Translations under genes and position numbers: made by a program
Shown: positions 1 to 6,108 of the stretch, piece after piece
How the letters are laid out: each line of letters starts with the position of its first letter
Numbering within the stretch: the first letter of the stretch is position 1
Source: Rhodothermales bacterium
Lineage (GTDB): Bacteria > Bacteroidota > Rhodothermia > Rhodothermales > VXPQ01
Assembly (NCBI GenBank): GCA_040904565.1
Contig: JBBDTI010000015.1
Location: 1 to 10,650, forward strand
Direction: 5' to 3'
Length of the DNA stretch: 10,650 nucleotides
Notes under the pieces: model-generated
What the model saw: the letters and a program-made list of their open reading frames with translations, nothing else
Databases searched by the model: none
What the model was told of the DNA's origin: nothing

Positions 1-34
1 CGTAAACGTCCCCGCCCGCTGTTCCTGCAGACCG

Positions 35-414
35 CTACCGCAGTCCGAATCGGATGCTCAGACTCATGCGCACGGGCACCGGCTTGCCTCGCTGTCGTCC
101 GGGATTAAACTTCGTGTTCGTCACAGCCTCCAGCGCCACCTCGTCGAGTCCCGCGCCTACCCCACGCGTCACCACGGCGTCCCGCACGTCGCCGTTCTCA
201 TCCACGATGAACTGAACGAAGACGCGCCCTTCTACACCGGCTTTCCGTGCGATCTCCGGATAGTGGTTCGCGCGAGCATAGATCGCCTCCATTCCCCCGA
301 CAGGTTCGGGCATCTCTTCGACGATGACGAAGATTTCGGGCTCCACTTCCTCTTCCGGCTCGTCTGATGCCGGCGGCGGCGCAGGTCCGCGTGGGATGCT
401 TTTCGTAGCGGCAT
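35..414 (-). pseudogene. tonB: TonB-family energy transducer, internally deleted and frameshifted (C-terminal domain intact)
   Basis: 35..346 encodes a TonB C-terminal domain (EPEIFVIVEEMPEPVGG..YPEIARKAGVEGRVFVQFIVDENG..ALEAV..KFNPGRQRGKPVPVRM). The same frame extends upstream as PAPPPASDEPEEEV but has no transmembrane segment and meets a TGA at about 442-444. ATG at 414 opens MPLRKASHADLRR in a different frame, which resembles N-termini I recall for Rhodothermota TonB proteins. Confidence 0.8.
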
Positions 415-422
415 GGGAATAT

Positions 423-463
423 ATACTATTGTGATAGTATCACTGATACTACCATAGTAGTAT
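423..463. promoter_or_regulatory. Two tandem 18-bp palindromic operator-like sites
   Basis: ATACTAT-TGTG-ATAGTAT (423-440) and ATACTAC-CATA-GTAGTAT (446-463). Each has perfect 7-bp arms and they are 5 bp apart. One overlaps the -10 box and the other lies in the predicted leader. Confidence 0.75.
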
Positions 464-482
464 TGACGTACCAATAAATCAA
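454..482 (-). promoter_or_regulatory. sigma70-type promoter for the tonB-like gene
   Basis: The minus strand reads TTGATT (482-477), a 17-nt spacer, then TACTAT (459-454). It lies in an AT-rich island about 40 nt upstream of ATG 414. Confidence 0.7.
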
Positions 483-650
483 CTACCGGCACATCTTCAC
501 GCGACGGCGGACGCTTGCATCATCTTCGCCCTAGATCCTGGCCGTCGAATCGCGATCGCCTCTCGACGTAGAGCCGACGCGCACCGGACAGAGGCATAGG
601 TCAGGTGCGACGAAGTGTTCGGACGTGCTTCGACGGAGATCAAGAAGCGT

Positions 651-986
651 TCAGCAGCACTTGCCCGCCGGCGCCGCCACCAGAACGCCGTCGAAGAATT
701 GATTCAACTGTACGCCGAGGGACTCCACCGCCTCGCGATCCACGCAGTAGCAGGACCGCGGGCCGTCGACGGTGCCCTGGATGAGTCCGGCATCCTTGAG
801 CGTTCGCAGATGCCGTGAAACCGACGCCTGCGAGAGCGGCAGAGCGTCGACCAGTTCACCGCAGATGCACGTGTCCTGAACGGCGAGGATGTTCAGGATC
901 TCCAGACGGGCCGGGTGCGAGAGCGCTTTCGCCTGCTCCGCGAGACGTCCAAGCTCCGCCGCGAATAAGTCAGCTTTGTTCAGCAT
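651..986 (-). CDS. arsR: ArsR/SmtB-family metalloregulatory repressor (Cys-rich, probably As/Sb-type)
   Basis: [38 protein letters not shown] helix-turn-helix, CYC and a terminal CC. 111 aa. Confidence 0.92.
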   Translation of the reverse strand: MLNKADLFAAELGRLAEQAKALSHPARLEILNILAVQDTCICGELVDALPLSQASVSRHLRTLKDAGLIQGTVDGPRSCYCVDREAVESLGVQLNQFFDGVLVAAPAGKCC

Positions 987-1003
987 ATTGGATGTCGATA
1001 GAT

Positions 1004-1279
1004 TTAAACCATTGTCTCGAACATTTTTTCGGCGCTTCGCTGCCTGTGCATCGGGTCGTCCTCGTCGGAATCCCGCTCGAGCACGACGAGCGCCACCTCG
1101 CCGTCCGCGCTCGCTGGATCGTTGATGCCTGGACTCACCTGCTTCGACGCGACCGATTCGAACGACGTAATGTCCCGGATGAGCCAGCGGCCTTCACCGG
1201 CGGCCTTCCGAATCTGTTCCATGGCCTTCGACCCGTCCATTGGATCGATGCGAACGCTGACGATTTTCTGCTCGGTCAT
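1004..1279 (-). CDS. Small hypothetical protein (91 aa), possibly DUF4177-like
   Basis: GAGGA lies 7 nt before ATG 1279, a better spacing than for ATG 1285. The ORF ends 17 bp before arsR on the same strand. The pattern [24 protein letters not shown] is reminiscent of DUF4177. Confidence 0.7.
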   Translation of the reverse strand: MTEQKIVSVRIDPMDGSKAMEQIRKAAGEGRWLIRDITSFESVASKQVSPGINDPASADGEVALVVLERDSDEDDPMHRQRSAEKMFETMV

Positions 1280-1316
1280 GTCCATATCCTCATCCGCCGA
1301 CGCGGATATTTAATTC

Positions 1317-1338
1317 TTTATCGCGTATATAAGATAAA
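1317..1338. promoter_or_regulatory. Candidate ArsR operator in an AT-rich divergent promoter region
   Basis: Inverted repeat TTTATC-gcgtatataa-GATAAA in an AT-rich patch about 40 nt upstream of the hypothetical-arsR unit. Confidence 0.5.
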
Positions 1339-1405
1339 ACGCTCCATGCTGGAGATGTTCGGGGAGAAGGGATGAATATATTGTCTCTCTTTCTCACGTG
1401 AATCG

Positions 1406-1525
1406 GATGCAGCGACCCCTGATGCATCAAGCGATGATGCAGTGAATGCTGAAACAGTGAGCGCTGAGACAGTGAGCGCTGAGACAGTGAATGCTGAGAC
1501 AGTGAGCGCTGACACGGTGAGTCCC
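1406..1525. repeat. 15-bp tandem repeat, 8 units, degenerating towards the ends
   Basis: gatgcagcgacccct / gatgcatcaagcgat / gatgcagtgaatgct / gaaacagtgagcgct / gagacagtgagcgct / gagacagtgaatgct / gagacagtgagcgct / gacacggtgagtccc. Confidence 0.95.
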
Positions 1526-1527
1526 GT

Positions 1528-1600
1528 GAAGCGTAGACGGAACGAAGCATAGACGGAACGAAGCATGATCGAACGAAGCACAACAGACCGAAGCATGACG
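1528..1600. repeat. 15-16-bp tandem repeat, about 4.7 units, GAAGC(A/G) core
   Basis: gaagcgtagacggaac / gaagcatagacggaac / gaagcatgatcgaac / gaagcacaacagacc / gaagcatgacg. Confidence 0.9.
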
Positions 1601-1623
1601 CACCTCAGGCCGGAACAACGACG

Positions 1624-2490
1624 ATGAAGCTTGCCTTTTTTAGTGACGTCCACGCAAACCTCCCTGCCCTGGAGGCCGTGCTCGAAGATATCGACCGTCG
1701 CCGGCCCGACATGGTGTTTTGTCTGGGGGATCTGGTCGGCTATGCGCCCTGGCCGAACGAGGTGGTCGAGGCGGTACGCGCGCGGGGGATCCCCACCATC
1801 GCTGGGAATTACGACGAGGGCGTCGGCCTCGACTCGGACGACTGCGGGTGTGCGTATCGGACGGACGAGGACCGCCGGCGGGGGGCCGAATCGATCGCGT
1901 TTACGAACGAGACGGTTATCGGTGCCACGCGAGATTATCTGCGCGCCCTTCCACGCCATCTACGGATGACGTTCCAGCGCCCGCGAGCGCCCGAGGCGCC
2001 GGCGATACAGGTGCTGATGGTCCACGGCGGCCCGCGGCGCATCAACGAGTATCTGTTCGAAGATCGTCCGGACGAAAGCTTCGTGCGCATGATGACGAAG
2101 GCGGAAGCCGACGTGATGCTCTTCGGGCACACTCATAAGCCCTATCACAAGCGCCTGGCGGCCGGCGACGGCGGGACGGGTCGGACGCTGCACGCGATCA
2201 ACATCGGCTCGGTCGGCAAACCGAAGGATGGCGATCCGCGCGCGTGCTATACCATCGTGGAGACGGCCGGCGAAGCGCCCTCGAGTACCGATCCGTCCAT
2301 CGGGGCAACGGACGACGTAATGCAGGACGTGACGCAAGGCATGACGCACGGCGAACCGGATGATGGGCTGCCTGGCGGCCTCCACGTCGAGTTCGTCCGC
2401 GTGCCGTACGACGTCGAACGTTCCGCCCGGGAGATCGAGGGGAGTCCGCTGCCGAACGCCTTTGCCGACATGCTGCGAGAGGCGCGGTAA
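1624..2490 (+). CDS. Calcineurin-like metallophosphoesterase (YfcE-like) with a DCGCAY motif
   Basis: Motifs SDVHAN, CLGDLVGY, GNYD, VHG, GHTH and NIGSVG. The DDCGCAY segment is the type I associate with phosphoesterases in ars clusters. Confidence 0.93.
   Translation: MKLAFFSDVHANLPALEAVLEDIDRRRPDMVFCLGDLVGYAPWPNEVVEAVRARGIPTIAGNYDEGVGLDSDDCGCAYRTDEDRRRGAESIAFTNETVIGATRDYLRALPRHLRMTFQRPRAPEAPAIQVLMVHGGPRRINEYLFEDRPDESFVRMMTKAEADVMLFGHTHKPYHKRLAAGDGGTGRTLHAINIGSVGKPKDGDPRACYTIVETAGEAPSSTDPSIGATDDVMQDVTQGMTHGEPDDGLPGGLHVEFVRVPYDVERSAREIEGSPLPNAFADMLREAR
2311..2358 (+). repeat. Degenerate in-frame 12-bp tandem repeat (4 units) in a low-complexity loop
   Basis: gacgacgtaatg / caggacgtgacg / caaggcatgacg / cacggcgaaccg, encoding DDVM QDVT QGMT HGEP. 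Confidence 0.65.
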
Positions 2491-2564
2491 TCGAGTCGCC
2501 TGCGCGCTCAGCCGCGTTAGGTCGTCGACATGCGTTCACCTCCGTTAGGATCGCACGCACGCAC

Positions 2565-3782
2565 TCAGCCCGCCCAGGGCGACAGCAACCACCCCAGCAC
2601 GGCCCCTCCGAGTACGAGCCAGGCCGCGTTGACGTTGAACCGCAGCGCCAGGACGGCGGCCAGCGCCGCGATGACCCACGCCGGCCAGGATACCAGCGTC
2701 CCCACGCCGAGCTGAACCGTTACCGCCACCATAAGCGCCACGGCCGCCACGTTTACGGCATCAAGAAAGGCCGCGACCCACGCGGAATCGCGCATGCGGG
2801 GGATGAGCGGGTTCAGGATGAGAACGAAAAAGAAGGACGGCAAGAAGATGCCCAGCGTCGCCACGAGTGCGCCGGGGACGCCCTCGATCACGTAGCCGAT
2901 GAACGTCGACGTCGACAGCACCGGCCCCGGCGTGAACTGTCCGATCGCGATCGCATCGAGCAGCTGTGCCTGCGTCAGCCATCCGTAGTCCTGCACGAGT
3001 CCGCCTTCCAGAAAGGCGACGAGGACGTAGCCCGAGCCGTACAGAATGGCACCGATCTTCAGGAAGAAGAAAAACAGCTTCCAGAGCGAGACGGACGCCA
3101 CTGCCGCGGCACCTGCCGCGCCCACCGCACCCGCCGCCGCGCCCGTCGTATCGCGCGCCTGCTGGAGGAAAAGGATCGGGATGAAACGTCCGGCCGTTCG
3201 CGAGCTGTCGTAGCCCACGAAGCGCAGCCACAGCATGCCGATCGCGCCGCCGGCGAGCAGCGCCGGCACCTCCCCCACGCCCGCCAGCACGACGCCCGCC
3301 ACGGCGAGTCCCATGATCGCGAAGCGCCATCCCTTGACGGCACTCCGGCCCAGCTTCCACACGGCGCCGAGGATGACCGCGATGACGGCCGGCTTGATTC
3401 CGTAGAGAAAGGGTTCGACTTCAGGCAGCGCGCCGTATTCGACATACATCCACCCGAAAAACCCCGTGATGAGTACGGCGGGAAAGATGAAGCTCGCCCC
3501 CGCCGTAAAAAGCCCCGGCCATCCCGCCCGCTCGTAGCCCACGTGCATGGTCATTTCCGTGGAATTCGGACCCGGGATCAGGTTCGTCGCCCCGATGAGA
3601 TCGAGGAAGTGTTGCCGTGAAATCCACTTGCGGCGCGTGACGAACTCGTCCTCCATCATAGCGATGTGCGCCGCCGGGCCGCCGAACGCGATGATCCCCA
3701 GCTTGAGAAAGAGACGCGCTATTTCGGACAGCCGTCCGTCGCTGCCGTCCGCCGTATCGTCCGTATGCGTACCGTCCGCCAT
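2565..3782 (-). CDS. chrA: Long-chain chromate ion transporter (CHR family)
   Basis: Two homologous halves: FLKLGIIAFGGPAAHIAMM..PGPNSTEM and FLKIGAILYGSGYVL..IGQFTPGPVLST. 405 aa and hydrophobic. Confidence 0.96.
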   Translation of the reverse strand: MADGTHTDDTADGSDGRLSEIARLFLKLGIIAFGGPAAHIAMMEDEFVTRRKWISRQHFLDLIGATNLIPGPNSTEMTMHVGYERAGWPGLFTAGASFIFPAVLITGFFGWMYVEYGALPEVEPFLYGIKPAVIAVILGAVWKLGRSAVKGWRFAIMGLAVAGVVLAGVGEVPALLAGGAIGMLWLRFVGYDSSRTAGRFIPILFLQQARDTTGAAAGAVGAAGAAAVASVSLWKLFFFFLKIGAILYGSGYVLVAFLEGGLVQDYGWLTQAQLLDAIAIGQFTPGPVLSTSTFIGYVIEGVPGALVATLGIFLPSFFFVLILNPLIPRMRDSAWVAAFLDAVNVAAVALMVAVTVQLGVGTLVSWPAWVIAALAAVLALRFNVNAAWLVLGGAVLGWLLSPWAG

Positions 3783-3825
3783 TTCGGTTGAGCGTTGATA
3801 AAAGCCGTTTCTTAAGTGTACTACG

Positions 3826-4344
3826 TCACCGCTTCAGCTTTCCGCTGCGCCGCTCGCGGACGGCGTCCAACGAGTAGGCACCGCTTCCCACAAGGATCAG
3901 GAAGAGCGAGCCCAGAAGCATCGCCCAGTCGGTTCGCATCTCGTGCGCCATCGACAAAAAGCCGTAGAAGGGCGCGTCGCGGACGCCGAACGGGCCGAAA
4001 CCGTGTCCCAGCAGCACGGGAATCTTCGTCGTGACGATCGCCACGAGCATGATCGCAAAGGTCGGAACGGCCGCGAATCGGGTCAGGAAACCGAACAGGA
4101 TAAGAAGTCCGCATACCGTCTCGAACGCCCCTACGAAATAGCCCAGGAATTCGGGGTTCGGAAACCCGATCTGCTCGAATCGGCCCGCACCTCGGAGCTC
4201 GGGATACATGAACTTCTGCAGTCCTTCCGTGAAAAACACTGCCCCCACCATGAGACGGATCAGCAGCGTGCCGACCGTTCCGGCCATCTGAGCGGTTTGA
4301 GGTTCGATGCGTCTCATAGCGTCGCTGCTGCGTCCCGTCTTCAT
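3826..4344 (-). CDS. DoxX-family membrane protein
   Basis: LLIRLMVGAVFFTEGLQKF..FVGAFETVCGLLILFGFLTRFAA..GSGAYSLD. The start is probably ATG 4344 or 4317 rather than 4443. It ends 43 bp upstream of chrA on the same strand. Confidence 0.9.
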   Translation of the reverse strand: MKTGRSSDAMRRIEPQTAQMAGTVGTLLIRLMVGAVFFTEGLQKFMYPELRGAGRFEQIGFPNPEFLGYFVGAFETVCGLLILFGFLTRFAAVPTFAIMLVAIVTTKIPVLLGHGFGPFGVRDAPFYGFLSMAHEMRTDWAMLLGSLFLILVGSGAYSLDAVRERRSGKLKR

Positions 4345-4552
4345 GATGCTACGTCGTTGATCGGCTCTGCAATCCGTCGTTACAATCTTACCGCGCGATC
4401 CGTCCCGGCAGGCAAGGCCGTCCGTCCGCAACAGGATATCCATTCGCGTGAAAAATTACCGCCGAACGGAGACCTTTTGGGGGCTGCCGGTTTTCGGCTT
4501 CGAAAATGTTGCGGGATCGTTGCTATGTGAAGACTGCAGCGGCTCATCCGAC

Positions 4553-4585
4553 GGAACGATCCGGCGACGGCCCGGCGTATATTTG
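4553..4585 (+). promoter_or_regulatory. Candidate promoter upstream of the macrodomain gene
   Basis: TATATTTG (4578-4585) fits the Bacteroidota -7 consensus TAnnTTTG. GGAAC at 4553-4557 lies 18 nt before CGTAT, an ECF-like arrangement. Confidence 0.4.
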
Positions 4586-4610
4586 TCACCGCATAGTTCA
4601 CCATACGTAA

Positions 4611-4719
4611 GACAGCGTAGAGCCGGCGCAGAGCGCTTGCACGGAGTACTACTGAGAGCTGCGAACGGGCAGCGTAGAACTGACAGCGTACAACTGGCAC
4701 GGAGAACGGACTCAGAACG
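4611..4719. repeat. Degenerate 13-14-bp repeats upstream of the macrodomain gene
   Basis: ggcagcgtagaact (4668) / gacagcgtacaact (4682) / ggcacggagaacg (4696) / gactcagaacg (4709). Distal copies are gacagcgtagagcc (4611) and gcacggagtac (4639). Confidence 0.65.
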
Positions 4720-4729
4720 ACGATACGAC

Positions 4730-5293
4730 ATGCCGCAAACCAAGCACGTCGACGTTGGCGGTACACGCATCGAGTGCGCCGTCGGAGACATCGCACATCA
4801 GCCGGACATGGAGGCGGTCGTCAACGCGGCCAACGCCGAACTGCGCATCGGCGGCGGGGTCGCCGGCGCCCTGCACCGCGCGGCGGGACCCGGACTCGAA
4901 AAAGAATGCCGTCCGCTCGCGCCCATCCGTCCAGGCGAAGCCGTCATCACCGGAGCCCACCGGCTGCCCAACGAATACGTGATCCACTGTCTCGGACCGG
5001 TCTACGGTAGGGACAAGCCCGAAGACGAGCTGCTGGAACGCTGCTATACGAATGCGCTCGATCTCGCTGAGGACCACGACGTCGCTTCCGTCGCTTTCCC
5101 GGCCATTTCTACAGGCGCGTTCGGCTACCCGATGAAAGCGGCTGTCCTGATCGCGATGCGCGTGCTGGTAGAACGAGCGCCCCACCTCTCATCGGTCCGC
5201 CACATCCGGATGGTGCTCTTCGGCGACAGGGCATTCGATGTCCACGCGCGCGTCCTGGAGGACATCGTCGATGCGGAGGCGTCGTCACCGTAG
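4730..5293 (+). CDS. Macrodomain protein (MacroD/YmdB-like O-acetyl-ADP-ribose deacetylase or ADP-ribosylhydrolase)
   Basis: GDI, VVNAAN, GGGVAGALH, VIHCLGP and AFPAISTGAFGYP. Start placed at ATG 4730 (MPQTKHVDV, 187 aa); the longer ORF from 4448 runs through promoter and repeat DNA. Confidence 0.95.
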   Translation: MPQTKHVDVGGTRIECAVGDIAHQPDMEAVVNAANAELRIGGGVAGALHRAAGPGLEKECRPLAPIRPGEAVITGAHRLPNEYVIHCLGPVYGRDKPEDELLERCYTNALDLAEDHDVASVAFPAISTGAFGYPMKAAVLIAMRVLVERAPHLSSVRHIRMVLFGDRAFDVHARVLEDIVDAEASSP

Positions 5294-5820
5294 TGCTTGC
5301 GCCACCACGCTAAGGCAATCTGTTTATTCTCCTCGTTCGTACTCGGAGTTAACACCTGGCCGAGACGAACGTACTCGCCGCCGGTCTCTGCCAGCACCTC
5401 CGGGTCCTGCGAGGCGAGCATCAGTGCGTACAGTGCCAGCATCACCTCATAGGAATCGTCGGATTCCAGCCGGCCCACAAGCGGCCGGATCGCCGGTTTT
5501 CCGATCCGCCCGAGCTCTTCCGCCGCCGTGTACCACGTTCTCGGGTGCTCGTCCCCTCCGTACGTCGACGTGAAGTCCCGATCCGGCAGCCTGTCGATGT
5601 AGTACGCCACCTCGTCTCCAACGAAATCGAACGCAGGCGCCGAGGTGTCGGACGCCGAGGTCGTGTCGGCCGGCGCGGCGTCCGACCGCTCGACATCCCT
5701 CTCGGCGTGCTCGATAGCGTGCGATGTGTCGGGGTTCGTGTCGGGGTTCGTGTCGGGACTTGCGCCGCCGCAGCCGATCGACGCAATCAGACACAGCGCC
5801 AGAATATGTTGTTTCGTCAC
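5125..5820 (-). CDS. Putative lipoprotein with a HEAT-like helical domain
   Basis: GTG 5820 gives VTKQHILALCLIASIG-C (lipobox-like), a D/T/P/S-rich linker, then AAEELGRIGKPAIRPLVGRLESDD..ALYAL (HEAT-like). The frame stays open to TAG 5125, overlapping the macrodomain gene by 169 bp. Confidence 0.75.
   Translation of the reverse strand: MTKQHILALCLIASIGCGGASPDTNPDTNPDTSHAIEHAERDVERSDAAPADTTSASDTSAPAFDFVGDEVAYYIDRLPDRDFTSTYGGDEHPRTWYTAAEELGRIGKPAIRPLVGRLESDDSYEVMLALYALMLASQDPEVLAETGGEYVRLGQVLTPSTNEENKQIALAWWRKHYGDDASASTMSSRTRAWTSNALSPKSTIRMWRTDERWGARSTSTRIAIRTAAFIG
5726..5757. repeat. 12-bp in-frame tandem repeat (2.7 units) in the lipoprotein linker
   Basis: gtgtcggggttc twice plus gtgtcggg, encoding PDTN PDTN PDT on the minus strand. 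Confidence 0.9.
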
Positions 5821-5835
5821 GTGCCTGCTGATGCT

Positions 5836-5937
5836 GCTCCATCCCATCCGTCGATATTCCATCCGCTATTATTCCCTCCAGCTCCATAGCATCCAAACCC
5901 ATCCCATTCAACCTATGCCATCCAGCATACCCCATCG
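5836..5937. repeat. Degenerate 15-bp-period array (about 7 units) upstream of the lipoprotein gene
   Basis: gctccatcccatccg / tcgatattccatccg / ctattattccctcca / gctccatagcatcca / aacccatcccattca / acctatgccatcca / gcataccccatcg. Confidence 0.75.
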
Positions 5938-5950
5938 CATACAACGAACT

Positions 5951-5983
5951 GCGGGTTGGGAGACGAGAGGCGGGTTGAGAGAC
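5951..5983. repeat. 14-bp direct repeat pair, 19-bp period
   Basis: gcgggttgggagac (5951-5964) and gcgggttgagagac (5970-5983), one mismatch. Confidence 0.7.
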
Positions 5984-6108
5984 AAACGGAGCGTCGTTCG
6001 ACCACCTCCTCTTCTACCGTCAGGAAACGCGCGATCTTCGGACTGGTGCCCTGAGTCGATCCGTGGATGCTCGTGAGAATTGAACCCACCGCGTAACTCC
6101 AGGAGGCC

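Noticed and set aside
232-492. 86-aa ORF on the minus strand
   Set aside because: It is a composite of promoter DNA, the short tonB N-terminus and out-of-frame tonB sequence.
627-653. Selenocysteine readthrough at the arsR CC-TGA, or a terminator at the gcttc..gaagc hairpin
   Set aside because: The stem is weak with no U-tract or convincing SECIS, and a terminal CC is a normal end for this ArsR type.
615-1375. Plus-strand ORFs 615..818, 815..1375, 889..1125 and 1122..1313
   Set aside because: Antisense shadows of arsR and the hypothetical gene, with no motifs.
1372-1401. Short ORF MNILSLFLT after a purine-rich SD-like stretch
   Set aside because: Only nine codons, out of frame with the repeat-encoded frame, and with no attenuator structure visible.
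1406-1600. Possible CRISPR array
   Set aside because: Units are contiguous 15-16-mers with no unique spacers, and there are no cas genes in the window.
1290-1959. Minus-strand ORFs 1318..1959, 1290..1583 and 1427..1618 with pentapeptide repeats
   Set aside because: They stay open because of the 15-bp repeat and, for the longest, antisense shadowing of the phosphoesterase. Two of them cross the predicted promoter. Not called as genes.
4345-4729. N-terminal extensions of DoxX (to 4443) and the macrodomain protein (from 4448)
   Set aside because: They would leave only 4 bp between divergent genes and run through promoter-like and repeat DNA. The extensions show no family features.
4730-5293. 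Macrodomain as an antitoxin or anti-phage component (DarG or Thoeris-like)
   Set aside because: It is a standalone MacroD-type sequence with no ADP-ribosyltransferase, sirtuin or TIR gene nearby.
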